A DNA stretch of 56,971 bases from Alphaproteobacteria bacterium. GTDB taxonomy: Bacteria > Pseudomonadota > Alphaproteobacteria > CAAHEQ01 > UBA3637. A program made the position numbers and the translations under genes. Shown here piece after piece: positions 1-11,316 of the stretch (positions within the stretch are counted from its first letter, which is position 1; each line of letters begins with the position of its first letter). The notes under the pieces are model-generated. The model saw only the letters and a list, made by a program, of their open reading frames with translations. It was not told the DNA's origin and ran no database searches. The DNA lies in assembly GCA_017467335.1 (NCBI GenBank), contig JAFTSJ010000034.1, positions 1 to 56,971 of the forward strand, written 5' to 3'.

Positions 1-1
1 A

Positions 2-301
2 ATCGGTAAAACCGTTGAAATGGTTTGTCAACTTGAAACCGGTGTTGCAAGTACAAAATTGGTAACACTGGAACGTATCGCAAAGGTCTTAGGGATTGAA
101 CCTTACCAATTGTTGTTACCGAAACAATATCCGAATTTTGACCGTTTCCCAAATGAATTAAATGATCTTTTGGTCCTTTTAGAAAAACAAAATGTTGATT
201 TCTTGTCGTCTTTTAAAGTCATGTTAGAACATGTGGTGGCTGTGGATAAAAACGAAGATAAGGAAAAGAAAAAAAATAAAAAAGAAAATAAATCTGAATA
301 A
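2..301 (+). CDS. XRE-family helix-turn-helix transcriptional regulator (5' truncated by window)
   Basis: Frame is open from base 2 (IGKTVEMVCQLETGVASTKLVTLERIAKVLGIEPYQLL), a Cro/C1-type HTH pattern; the true start lies outside the window. Confidence 0.8.
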   Translation: MGKTVEMVCQLETGVASTKLVTLERIAKVLGIEPYQLLLPKQYPNFDRFPNELNDLLVLLEKQNVDFLSSFKVMLEHVVAVDKNEDKEKKKNKKENKSE

Positions 302-322
302 TAAGTAAATATATCCAAAACA

Positions 323-352
323 AAAAAAGTCCTGTCTTTTCAGGACTTTTTT
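323..352. terminator. Bidirectional intrinsic terminator
   Basis: aaaaaagtcctg-tctttt-caggactttttt hairpin with A/T tails between convergent genes. Confidence 0.85.
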
Positions 353-354
353 AA

Positions 355-1341
355 TTAAAGTATCGTCATAACCCACCGAGCCGGATTAGACGTTTTACAA
401 TGCAACAACAGATATAATGTTAACTTATGATGCAATTTTAATCCGTCATAAGAAATTATCCCTTCAGCAAATAATGGCTTAACCAATTCTTGAATAGCAT
501 TAAACAAACGTATTCTTTCTTGTTTATTTTTCTGTTTACGAATAGCTTGATTAACCATCATTTTAAATCGACCATTTAATACTTTTTTTCGAACAGCAGG
601 AACTAAATCCGGTCGTAATTTTGCCGTTTGGGTGGCAATATGACGGATTAACTGTCCATAACTTTGTACTTTTTGAATCGAAAAAGATGTACGCATAATA
701 GATGATAAATTAGAATAGTAATAATATAACGGGTAATTTGTGATAGCAACTTTATGTACCAACATCATCAATATTGTTGTAAAGGGAACATCTTCAAAGT
801 AAATACGTTCAACGAATCTTAATTCCTTTAATGAGCTGTGACGATATAATTTAAAACAAGCACTTGTTCGTATTTTTTTACTACTCAAAAACATTTCTAT
901 CGGATTATTAACAATTTCAATTTTAGCGTGAAATTGAGATAAATCAGGAAATAATCCGGTATTTTTACTTTTCGTGGCAATCCATTCACAGGTCGCAACG
1001 TCTGCTTGTGTTTCGGTAATAACTTCATATAATTTTTTTAAAAAGTCAGGATGATAATAGTCATCAGAATCACAAAATGCAATAAATTCACCCCGAGCCA
1101 TATCTAAACCGGTATTGCGAGCTCCTGATAATCCCTTATTTTTTTGATGAACGACTCGAATGCGATTATCCTTAGCAGCATACATTTCAAGAATTGAACC
1201 GCTTTCATCAGTTGACCCATCATCAACACCAATAATTTCAAAATCTGAAAAACTTTGAGATAAGATACTATCAAGGCAACCGGATAGATATTCTTCAATA
1301 TTATAAATCGGAACAATAACAGAAATTAAGGGCTTACTCAT
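355..1341 (-). CDS. Glycosyltransferase family 2 (GT-A)
   Basis: ISVIVPIYN, VDDGSTD, GLSGARNTG, FCDSDD, FEDVPF motifs. Confidence 0.92.
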   Translation of the reverse strand: MSKPLISVIVPIYNIEEYLSGCLDSILSQSFSDFEIIGVDDGSTDESGSILEMYAAKDNRIRVVHQKNKGLSGARNTGLDMARGEFIAFCDSDDYYHPDFLKKLYEVITETQADVATCEWIATKSKNTGLFPDLSQFHAKIEIVNNPIEMFLSSKKIRTSACFKLYRHSSLKELRFVERIYFEDVPFTTILMMLVHKVAITNYPLYYYYSNLSSIMRTSFSIQKVQSYGQLIRHIATQTAKLRPDLVPAVRKKVLNGRFKMMVNQAIRKQKNKQERIRLFNAIQELVKPLFAEGIISYDGLKLHHKLTLYLLLHCKTSNPARWVMTIL

Positions 1342-1402
1342 TTACTTTTCCTTTCATTTTGGGGTCATAATATCCCTTTAAAGGATAAATTGCAAGAAAA
1401 TT

Positions 1403-1747
1403 TTAGAGGCAGGTTCCCTTTGTATTCACACGATTAACGATTGATTTTTCTATTTCAAATATTGTTGTACATGTTGCCGGAGTATAATATCCTTCAACAA
1501 CGGTAATTGATTCAGGGGTAAATGATACATCAGATGTCGGTGGCGTATAATTTTTATACTGTGTTGTATAAACATAATATGTTACTCCGTTTTTAACAAA
1601 ACTTTCATTCGGTTGTCCCAATAGGCGTATAACATCACTTTGTGTTTTACCAACCATGGCATGTAATGAAACTTGATTAAATTGAAGTTCTATCGCTGTA
1701 CAGGAACACAGCAGACAGCAAATAACAAAAAGAATACTTTTTTTCAT
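1403..1747 (-). CDS. Small lipoprotein, possibly SmpA/OmlA(BamE)-like fold
   Basis: ATG at 1747 follows a GGAGGA RBS; signal peptide with lipobox-like LCSC; VGKTQSDVIRLLGQP motif. Confidence 0.6.
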   Translation of the reverse strand: MKKSILFVICCLLCSCTAIELQFNQVSLHAMVGKTQSDVIRLLGQPNESFVKNGVTYYVYTTQYKNYTPPTSDVSFTPESITVVEGYYTPATCTTIFEIEKSIVNRVNTKGTCL

Positions 1748-1799
1748 AAATCCTCCTCGATTATTAAAATAAGATTCTTTTTTATATCTGCAATATATC

Positions 1800-3602
1800 T
1801 TAATTATTGTGTCTCTTTTGACACACAAACAGCACGCCTTTTTCTGTAGATTTACCTTCTTTTCTTAAATCAATCTTGTGTATTTGTTTCGCAACAAGAT
1901 TATATTTTTCTAAAATCGATTGAATATATGTTTCACGATATTGATAACGTCCTTGTAGAGAAAGCCAGATATCTTCCTTTTGTGTTTGTTCAATACTAAA
2001 CAGAAAATATCCATCGTCTGTTAAACAATGAGAAACCCTTTGTATCAAAGGGGTAACATCTGCTAAATAATTTGTTAATTCAACAGCCACAATTAAATCA
2101 TATCGGATGTGTATTTCATCTAAATACGTGTGTATATCTTGATGAATAAGATTGCTGTAAACACCTTGTTTTGCTGCAATTTTCAGCATTTTTTCAGAAA
2201 TATCAACGCCTGTAAGATTTTTAAACGGTTTATTTAAAAGTGTACCGAATTTACCTGTACCACATGCTAAATCTAAAATATTTTCAAATGATTGTTGAGG
2301 CAAATTATCTATCAAATGAATAACCGTATCTAAAACCGTAGATTCAAGATGATGCATTGTATCGTCATACGTTTCTGCAAACGAATCAAATAACATTTTG
2401 ACATAATTATTTAAATATGTATTATCTTTTTGATTATGTGTTAAAGCATTTAAGACATGTCGGGCAATATTATTTTCAGAAAAATGCTTAACCCATCCTT
2501 TTGCGAAATTCAGTGCTTCTTTATATCCCTTTTTATTGAGCTCAGCTAAACAAGATAAGGTATTAGCAATTCTAAAATCAATCAGTTCGGGGTGTGATTT
2601 TAAAGTTAAAATATTAAAGTATAAGCCTGCTGCTTCGCTGTATTCTCCCATTTCTTCCAAAATCATGGCTAAATTATATAAAGAAGAAATATGATGCGGG
2701 TTAATCAGTAAAGCCGACCGATAATGTTCTAATCCTTCCGCTTTTCTGTCTTGTTTACACAAAGCAATAGCTAAATTATGATGTGCCTGTAAAAAATCAC
2801 AATCTAACGCCAACGCTTTTTTATAATATTCTTCTGCTCGGCGGTAATTATTCTGTTTTAAATATAAATTCGCTAAATTAGCAAAAGAATCAGGGGCATA
2901 TGAATCAATATCAATCGCTTCTTCATACGTTTTTTGAGCTGTACCGCATAAATCTAATTTTTCTAAAATTAACCCTTTTTCATTGAGAAAAGATGCTGTT
3001 TTGTAAATTTTTAATACCTTTGTTATCCAGTCCAACGCCTCTTTATAATAACCACACAATCTATTTTGAACAGCTAATTGATAGTAAAGTTCCGTGTTAT
3101 TATGTTCAGACTGATTAGCTTGATTCAAAATTGATAAAGCCTGTTCATGATTTTCCTTTTGTCGTTCAAGTAAGGCCAATCCGATTAAGGCATTCTGGCA
3201 ATTTGAATCATGCTTTAATGTTTCTTCAAATGCACTTTTTGCAAAATCATTTTGTCCTTTTTGCAAATAAATATAACCGATTTGAGATAATACCAATGGA
3301 TTATTTTTATATTTTTCATAAAAAGACAACGCTTCATCTAATCGACCGTCTTTTTGTAATACACCCGCCAAAGCCAATTCATATTGTTGTGAATTAGGAT
3401 ATAATTTAACAGCTTCATACAATAACTTTTCCGCCGGTTCTAACGCATTTGAACGATAGGCAATCAATCCCAATAAATATAAGGCATCTCCGTTAGAAGG
3501 AGAAATTGTTAAAATATCTCGAACTAATTCCTCGGCTGTTTCAAAATCATTTTGATTGTAGGCATAAAAAGCCATATCTAATGTTGTATCTATATTTGTC
3601 AT
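1800..3602 (-). CDS. TPR-repeat protein fused to class I SAM-dependent methyltransferase
   Basis: Multiple TPR helical repeats; C-terminal LFDSFAETYD, ILDLACGTG, GVDISEKML, GRYQY. Confidence 0.85.
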   Translation of the reverse strand: MTNIDTTLDMAFYAYNQNDFETAEELVRDILTISPSNGDALYLLGLIAYRSNALEPAEKLLYEAVKLYPNSQQYELALAGVLQKDGRLDEALSFYEKYKNNPLVLSQIGYIYLQKGQNDFAKSAFEETLKHDSNCQNALIGLALLERQKENHEQALSILNQANQSEHNNTELYYQLAVQNRLCGYYKEALDWITKVLKIYKTASFLNEKGLILEKLDLCGTAQKTYEEAIDIDSYAPDSFANLANLYLKQNNYRRAEEYYKKALALDCDFLQAHHNLAIALCKQDRKAEGLEHYRSALLINPHHISSLYNLAMILEEMGEYSEAAGLYFNILTLKSHPELIDFRIANTLSCLAELNKKGYKEALNFAKGWVKHFSENNIARHVLNALTHNQKDNTYLNNYVKMLFDSFAETYDDTMHHLESTVLDTVIHLIDNLPQQSFENILDLACGTGKFGTLLNKPFKNLTGVDISEKMLKIAAKQGVYSNLIHQDIHTYLDEIHIRYDLIVAVELTNYLADVTPLIQRVSHCLTDDGYFLFSIEQTQKEDIWLSLQGRYQYRETYIQSILEKYNLVAKQIHKIDLRKEGKSTEKGVLFVCQKRHNN

Positions 3603-3614
3603 TTTATTTTCTCA

Positions 3615-4778
3615 TTATTCGTCTTCGATTGAGCCTCGTCTTCCTATAACCATATCTCGATTGATATAAACAGATTGTATCAATCCAAAACCCAAAAATA
3701 ATGTCATCATAGCCGTTCCACCGTAAGAAACCAGCGGTAACGGAACACCAACAACCGGTAATAATCCCATAACCATACCAATATTGATGAAAACATATAA
3801 AGCAAAATTAACGGTCAAGCCAATGGCTAATACTTTTCCAAAAAAACTGTTACATCTAAAACTGATATAAAATCCGTATAATATAATAATTAAATATAAA
3901 CAAATAAGTGAAGCAGACCCAAAAAAACCAAATTCTTCGGATAAAACGGTAAAAATAAAATCTGTTTGCTTTTCCGGTAGGAAATTTAAACGACTTTGGG
4001 TACTTTCCATAAAGCCTTTACCGAAAAGCCCTCCCGACCCTAATGTTATTTTTGATTGCATGATATGATAACCGGCTCCTAATGGGTCATTTTCAGGATT
4101 TAAAAACGTTAAAACACGTTGTTTTTGGTAATCGTGCAAAAAACTCCATAAAATAGGAATACATCCGGAAACGGTAATCAAAACAATTAAAAATTTCCAC
4201 ACCTGTACCCCGACAACAAAAAAAATAGCACCGGTTGCAAAAACCAGCATAAGAGCCGTTCCTAAATCAGGTTGCATCAATATCAATGAAACAGGTAATA
4301 TCATCATCAACGCCGGTGGTATCATATACTGTATTGAATGAATATCTGACAAAGATGAACTATGAAAATATTTTGACAAGGCTAAAATTAAGGCAATTTT
4401 CATAACTTCAGAAGGTTGTAAATTGATAAAACCCAAATTTAACCAACGTTGTGCCCCCATGCCGACATGACCGAATAAAGCAACACCTATCAACAATAAA
4501 ATACCGATACCATATATCCAATAGGCATATTTCATCCATATTCTTAAATTAACAAATGATACAAAAATTAAAACCCCTAAGCTTAATAAAAAACGCAAAA
4601 ATTGGCGACTGGCCCATGGTTGCCAATGACCGTTTGCGGCAGAATATAAAATACCAATACCGATAAAAACAACAGAACATATTAAAAACAGATATTTATA
4701 ATTAAATCGTTTTATTTTATCAATAAATGATAAATTATAATTTTTTAAATAACAATTTCTTTCTTTAAAAAAACTCAT
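3615..4778 (-). CDS. rodA: Rod shape-determining protein RodA (SEDS family)
   Basis: GAQRW, QPSE, QPDLGT, PEKQTDFIF, PLVSYGG; start placed at ATG 4778 just after the mrdA stop. Confidence 0.95.
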   Translation of the reverse strand: MSFFKERNCYLKNYNLSFIDKIKRFNYKYLFLICSVVFIGIGILYSAANGHWQPWASRQFLRFLLSLGVLIFVSFVNLRIWMKYAYWIYGIGILLLIGVALFGHVGMGAQRWLNLGFINLQPSEVMKIALILALSKYFHSSSLSDIHSIQYMIPPALMMILPVSLILMQPDLGTALMLVFATGAIFFVVGVQVWKFLIVLITVSGCIPILWSFLHDYQKQRVLTFLNPENDPLGAGYHIMQSKITLGSGGLFGKGFMESTQSRLNFLPEKQTDFIFTVLSEEFGFFGSASLICLYLIIILYGFYISFRCNSFFGKVLAIGLTVNFALYVFINIGMVMGLLPVVGVPLPLVSYGGTAMMTLFLGFGLIQSVYINRDMVIGRRGSIEDE

Positions 4779-4779
4779 G

Positions 4780-6624
4780 TTATTTATCCTTTTTGATTGA
4801 ATTTTCAGATGGATACAATCGTAAAACTTCCTGCATGATATCCGAAGCAATCGGAGCGGCAGAAGACGATCCCCCGCCTCCATGTTCTACAACAACAACA
4901 ATGGCAAAGCGAGGCTTAGCAATCGGAGCAAACGCAGCAAACATACCATGATCTCGATATTTCCATGGTAATTTATCTTGTGATATAACTCCTGAATGGC
5001 GTTCTTTCATAGAAATACGCCTAACTTGTGTACTAGCCGTTTTACCAGCCATTTTCTGACCATTCATGTCAAATTGAACTTTATAAGCCGTCCCCCCCTT
5101 TTTATTGACAACCATATCCATTCCGTTTTTAACTATCTGAATGTGTTTTTGATTAAATCCCAAATATGCTGAAGCCCTTTGAATATTACTATCTTTGATA
5201 AGTGTCATGTTTAATTTTTTACCACCATTGGCAATTTGAGCAACTGCCCGAGCCATCTGTATCGGAGTAGCTGTTAAAAACCCCTGCCCGATACTTAAAT
5301 TAAGTGTATCACCCATCCGCCAATTATCTTTATGATGAGATTTTTTCCATAACGGAGAAGGAAGCAAACCGTTTTTTTCTCCCGTTAGCATAAGTGATGT
5401 TTCTTCTCCAAATCCCAATCTTTGAGCAACTTCCAAAATTTTTTCAACCCCTATTTCCTGTGCAACTTGATAAAAATAAACATCACAAGAATACATCAAT
5501 GCTTCTTCAATTGTTAAATGTTCATGACCGTATCGTTTCCAACAATGAAAATATTGATTACCCAATTGCAATCGTCCCGAACAAAATATCTTTCGTTGTG
5601 GGGTAATATAACCACTTTCCAAACCGGCTAAGGCTACAACTAATTTAAAAATAGAACCGGGGGAATACATACCGTTTATAGCCTTATTTTGAAGCGGTTT
5701 TTTTTCATTATCAATAATATTACGCCACACTTTTGTCGGTATCGGCATTGTAAATACATTTGAATCAAATGAAGGCGTTGATACCATTGTTAAAATTTCA
5801 CCGGTATAAATATCCAGCACAACAACGGCTCCGGCGTCTTCTCCCATACGTTTGGTTGCAAATTTTTGCAATCGAGAATCAATCGTTAATGTAATATTTT
5901 CACCTTTGGATGGCTTTTCTTCTTCTAAAATCCGAACAGACCGACCATAAGCATTAATTTCTGTTTTTCGAATACCCGGTTTTCCCTTTAAACGGTCTTG
6001 TAATGATTCTTCAATACCAATTCGTCCAATTCGATATCCGGGTAAATCTAATAATGGATTATCCGGATCTTGTTCCATATCTTTATCTGATAATAACGAA
6101 ACATAACCAACAACATGTGAGGCATCTGCTTTCAAGGGATATAAGCGAGTTGTTTCTTCTTCAATATGAAGTCCAATTAAATCCGTTGCATTCATCTGCA
6201 ATAAGGCTGCTTCTTTAAAGGTTAAATTATCCTTTATCCGAATAGGCATAAATGCCCGTTTATGTTTAATTTCTTTAGCGATACGATGAATTTCTTCATC
6301 ATCTAACGGAATAATTTTACGAAAATTATCAAGTGTTCGTTGGTAATTTTTTGTTTCTTCACGGATTAAAACCGCTTGAAATTTTTTATGATTTTCAGCT
6401 AATCGTACACCGTTTCTGTCGTAAATAACACCTCGTGTCGGCAACGTTAACCGAATAGCCGTTCTGTTTTTTTCAGCTAATTGACGGTATTTATCGCCTT
6501 CAATAATCTGTAAATAAAACAGGCGAAAAATCAAAACACTTATCAATAAAACAAAAATGCCGATAAGAGCAAGAACCCGTTTATTTAAAATGCGAATACG
6601 TTCATATTTCCAAGGTGTACTCAT
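4780..6624 (-). CDS. mrdA: Penicillin-binding protein 2
   Basis: RGVIYDRNG, SPGSIFK (SxxK), SCD, GKTA; position within the mre cluster. Confidence 0.95.
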   Translation of the reverse strand: MSTPWKYERIRILNKRVLALIGIFVLLISVLIFRLFYLQIIEGDKYRQLAEKNRTAIRLTLPTRGVIYDRNGVRLAENHKKFQAVLIREETKNYQRTLDNFRKIIPLDDEEIHRIAKEIKHKRAFMPIRIKDNLTFKEAALLQMNATDLIGLHIEEETTRLYPLKADASHVVGYVSLLSDKDMEQDPDNPLLDLPGYRIGRIGIEESLQDRLKGKPGIRKTEINAYGRSVRILEEEKPSKGENITLTIDSRLQKFATKRMGEDAGAVVVLDIYTGEILTMVSTPSFDSNVFTMPIPTKVWRNIIDNEKKPLQNKAINGMYSPGSIFKLVVALAGLESGYITPQRKIFCSGRLQLGNQYFHCWKRYGHEHLTIEEALMYSCDVYFYQVAQEIGVEKILEVAQRLGFGEETSLMLTGEKNGLLPSPLWKKSHHKDNWRMGDTLNLSIGQGFLTATPIQMARAVAQIANGGKKLNMTLIKDSNIQRASAYLGFNQKHIQIVKNGMDMVVNKKGGTAYKVQFDMNGQKMAGKTASTQVRRISMKERHSGVISQDKLPWKYRDHGMFAAFAPIAKPRFAIVVVVEHGGGGSSSAAPIASDIMQEVLRLYPSENSIKKDK

Positions 6625-7127
6625 GCTTCATACTTCCCAATCAGACGATTAACATACCCGCAAATTGTTGCAATAAACGGATAGCAAATAATCAACAAAA
6701 CATATTCCGTTAATAAATAAATAAAATGCGGAATATGGCCATACATCACTTTTAAAAGAAGCAATCCGACAACGAATAATAATCCTGTTATTATAACATA
6801 TACAATCCATTGTTTTTTAAAAGACAAATGAATCAATTGATTGCGATTCAACTGTACAATCAAATAAAGAGTACAATATATAAACGGGGATAATCCAAAC
6901 GGAATACTTAATAAAAAATCGGCAAAAACGCCTAAAAAAAAGACTGTTATAATATTCAAAACTTTTGCATTAAAAATAGCAAAATAAAAGATAACACCCC
7001 ACAAATTACTCAAATATGATTGAGAAAATCCAAACACATCAAAAGAAAGGCTTTTCAACAAAATAAAAAACAACGCCAAAAAAAAAGGCATTTTTCTGAT
7101 AATGTTTTTTTTAAATTGATAATACAT
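6621..7127 (-). CDS. mreD: Rod shape-determining protein MreD
   Basis: Hydrophobic multi-TM protein with LGVFADFL..PFG; lies between mreC and mrdA; TGATG overlap with mreC. Confidence 0.8.
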   Translation of the reverse strand: MYYQFKKNIIRKMPFFLALFFILLKSLSFDVFGFSQSYLSNLWGVIFYFAIFNAKVLNIITVFFLGVFADFLLSIPFGLSPFIYCTLYLIVQLNRNQLIHLSFKKQWIVYVIITGLLFVVGLLLLKVMYGHIPHFIYLLTEYVLLIICYPFIATICGYVNRLIGKYEA

Positions 7128-7993
7128 CAATTTTGCTCTCCACATTGACAGGGAAGTTCACTTGGCAACAAGCCGGTTAAATTAAAATCAATAGCTCTTA
7201 CAAATTCAAGATTTTGACTTTTTTCAAATAATTCTATTACATATTCACCATTATCAACCGATAAAACCCGTCCAATCGGTATGCCAGACGGATAAACACC
7301 GGCGTTACCTGATGTCATAACAAAATCTCCAACTTCTATACGTGTTTCTTCCGGTAATGAGGTTAGTTTAGGATATTGAGAATTATCACCAGTCAACATA
7401 CACTCTACTCGTTCCATTCCAACTAAAACCGGTAATCGTGAATAAAAATCTGTTACCTTTATGGCACGAGCCGTTGTTGAACCCACTTCAATAACATGTC
7501 CTAATAAACCATTATTTGTAACCAATACATCCCCTTTTTTTACACCGATATTGATTCCGCCGTTAATAATAACAGATTGAGAAAAGGGACTGTTATAATC
7601 GGCTAAAATACGCACAACATATTCTCGTCCTTGAGCAACCGGTTTATAATTCAATAATTGAGATAATTCTTTCTGATCAACAACCAACTTAAACGCTAAT
7701 TTTTGCCATGATTTTAAAATTTCATTTTCTTTTTTCAGTTGTTTATTTTCCTCGTAAACATTAAAAAAAGATGATACCGATTCCATTTTATCCTGAGCAA
7801 ATTGAACCGGATAAGATACAACAAAAATAACAGGAGCCATAAATTCCATTAGTTTTGTTTTTAATGAAATAACAACCGGTGCATTCATGGCTGTCAGAAC
7901 AAAAAGTATAAGTCCACCCAAAACAAACGGAACAGGAACCAACCGTTTTAATTGTGTTTTTGTCCGTTGTATCTTGAAAAACTTATTACTCAT
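7127..7993 (-). CDS. mreC: Rod shape-determining protein MreC
   Basis: N-terminal TM, coiled coil ENKQLKKENEIL, TSGNAGVYPSGIPIG. Confidence 0.93.
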   Translation of the reverse strand: MSNKFFKIQRTKTQLKRLVPVPFVLGGLILFVLTAMNAPVVISLKTKLMEFMAPVIFVVSYPVQFAQDKMESVSSFFNVYEENKQLKKENEILKSWQKLAFKLVVDQKELSQLLNYKPVAQGREYVVRILADYNSPFSQSVIINGGINIGVKKGDVLVTNNGLLGHVIEVGSTTARAIKVTDFYSRLPVLVGMERVECMLTGDNSQYPKLTSLPEETRIEVGDFVMTSGNAGVYPSGIPIGRVLSVDNGEYVIELFEKSQNLEFVRAIDFNLTGLLPSELPCQCGEQN

Positions 7994-8003
7994 CAGAAAA
8001 AAG

Positions 8004-9145
<1,142 letters not shown>

Positions 9146-9309
9146 TTTTTTATTCTAAACCGATTATCAAAAACAGATAATATTTTTTTATTGACAAATG
9201 AATGATGATAAAAAGTATGTTTTTTTGTATAGTCATGGGTAAAATACCTCATTTTTTTTCGTATAAGGCACTCCAAAACAAAAACAATCCGCCAAAAGAA
9301 AAAAATTTC

Positions 9310-9338
9310 TTGACAAGGGAGTATTTTTTAGGTAAAAG
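9310..9338 (+). promoter_or_regulatory. Sigma70-type promoter of tRNA-Thr
   Basis: TTGACA-17 bp-TAAAAG ending 9 bp before the tRNA. Confidence 0.65.
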
Positions 9339-9347
9339 ACACCTATT

Positions 9348-9422
<75 letters not shown>

Positions 9423-9457
9423 TTAAAAAAAGTCCCGATTTTTGGGGCTTTTTTTAA
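9423..9457 (+). terminator. Intrinsic terminator after tRNA-Thr
   Basis: aaaaaaagtccc-gattttt-ggggcttttttt hairpin plus U tract. Confidence 0.75.
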
Positions 9458-9476
9458 TGCGTATTGATAGTGGAAG

Positions 9477-9503
9477 CGGACTCACGGGGGCAACGTGAGG
9501 CCG
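9477..9503. repeat. GC-rich hairpin built from an inverted copy of the tRNA-Thr T-arm
   Basis: cggactcacg (9477-9486) is the exact reverse complement of tRNA 9394-9403 and pairs with cgtgaggccg (9494-9503). Confidence 0.6.
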
Positions 9504-9640
9504 AGCCGATAGTTGTACCCATCTCTTTTTTATCAGTGAATAAAAAGCTATATAAAAATTTATATTGAAAAAAATATTTAGCTATGCTACCATTAGCTAT
9601 ACTACCAGTTAAAAATATTTAAACTAAAAGGAGTGTATCT

Positions 9641-10147
9641 ATGAAACAAATAAATCCAAAAGAATATGTTGAAATGCGTTTAGCTGCCGGTGATAAACCG
9701 TAATTATATGCCAAAACAGCTCGTGTTAAGGCTCGTCTTGGCATTGTTGGAGAAGAAATTGTAACAAAGATGGCTGACGGTCATGTAGAAACAGTGAACA
9801 CAGTCAAAACAGCAGATGATATGGTTGTAACCAATCCGACAGGTGAAGAATATATTATTTCCGGTGAAACGTTCAGAAAAAGATATGAAAAAGATCCTGC
9901 CAATCCTGAATTATATCGTCCCAAAGGTGGTGCACAAGAATTTTTATTTTTAAAAGAAGACGTTGAATTTATTGCCCCATGGGGTGAAAAGATGTCTGTT
10001 AAAAAAGGTGGTGTTTTAAGTATTTCAGGACGTGGAACCGGGGATATTTATGGAATTCAACGGGACGAATTTAATAAAACATATAAACCTTGCGATAAAA
10101 ATGGAAATATTATAAAAATCATACCAAGAACAAGAGAAAGCAGATAA
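9641..10147 (+). pseudogene. PGDYG-like hypothetical protein interrupted by an in-frame TAA (9701-9703)
   Basis: AAAGGAG RBS and ATG 9641 are in frame with ORF 9770..10147: MKQINPKEYVEMRLAAGDKP*LYAKTARVKARLG...VVTNPTGEEYIISGETFRKRYE; family call tentative. Confidence 0.7.
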
Positions 10148-10239
10148 TATATCCATCAATAACTCTGGTGTCTTTTATAAAATAAATAAAAAGAGATTTT
10201 TATTTAGGGTTTTTGTTTTTTCTTTTTTTAAGGATTAGA

Positions 10240-10930
10240 ATGCAGATTACCATTCAATAATGAAAAAAGAGATACACTCTTAAGTATTTTGGATTTCCAA
10301 CAAGATTCTATGTCCTTGTTTTGGAAAGAACAACTCTTTGCTGCTTATCCAACTTTAGATAAAGAAAAATGGCTTCAAGTTCCCTTTAGTCTTAAACAGA
10401 CCTATTTAACAAAAGCCATTTCAAAAATTTATGATACACTCAAAAAAAACACTCATTGAAAAAAAAGATCTCTTTAAAACCTAGTGGCAACTTTATCAAG
10501 AGCCTATAAATTCTATTTTCTCAGATATATTTGATATTGATTGCCATACTATCTTCAACAATATGATTACTGAAATTTCTCTAAACCCGATTTGCCCCAG
10601 ATATTTAAAAGAATAAAGATTTACCGTCTTTTATAAATACGGTCCGGAGCAATTTTTAAACACCTGTATTCATGAACTAATTCATTTTGTTTGGTTTTAT
10701 AAATGGCAAAATCATTTTAAAGACAATCAAATAGAGTATGAAATACCTCATCTTAAATGGCTTTTAAGTGAAATGGTCATAGACACCCTTATTACCAACT
10801 CTGATTTAAAATATTTTTATAAAACACTGGGAAATGAACGGCCGGCTTATTCGTATTTTTATAATATGAAAATTCAAAATGTTCTGCTTTTAGAAAAGCT
10901 TAAAGAATTATTCCTACAATCCCAAAACAT
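10240..10930 (+). pseudogene. Decayed HEXXH (zincin-like) hypothetical protein
   Basis: Reconstructable across two frameshifts, TAG 10482 and TAA 10614: ...NPICPRYLKE*RF...CIHELIHFVWFYKW...LKWLLSEMVIDT; 3' end cut by the duplication. Confidence 0.7.
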
Positions 10931-11225
10931 TGTGTTCATAATATGTATCCTTCATTTTCTCAAAAATAAAAATCCGATTCACTTTCCCGTCAGAATCATG
11001 ATAAGGAATAGAATAATTTATCATTCCTTGCCGTTCATTGCAACGCAAAGCATAAAAATCACTATCTGAACTGGTTGCACAAACAATATCACCCATCTGT
11101 TGATGATGTTTATCAACATTCGAATGCGGAACAATTTCTGATAATTCCCTCCATGAAGTATGTGTTAAAGTCGGATATTTTTTTCTTAAAAAAGCAATTC
11201 TTTCTTCCCCTGTTAACAGTGGCAT
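10914..11225 (-). pseudogene. 3'-truncated duplicate of the 11465..12172 gene
   Basis: First ~98 codons nearly identical to the full copy (2 aa changes), then runs into unrelated sequence. Confidence 0.8.
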
Positions 11226-11276
11226 ATTACCTCCTTTTCCCTGAATGATAACAAAACTTTTGAATGGATTACAACT
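10931..11276. repeat. Direct repeat copy 1 (~346 bp; partner 11878..12222)
   Basis: Near-identical sequence at offset 947/946; substitutions at 10999/11946, 11123/12070, 11184/12131 plus promoter-region differences. Confidence 0.92.
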
Positions 11277-11316
11277 GTATTTTTTGTAGTTTTTCTTTCA
11301 ATTCTTCTGTAATGGT

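Noticed and set aside
4779-4883. Extended N-termini in the ORF track (rodA here; also mreB, pheT, GT8, bamD, the 1403 lipoprotein)
   Set aside because: Downstream ATGs have RBSs or stop-start coupling and avoid long overlaps
10773-11069. 98-aa ORF as a standalone gene
   Set aside because: It is the tail of the HEXXH pseudogene fused to the antisense strand of the truncated duplicate
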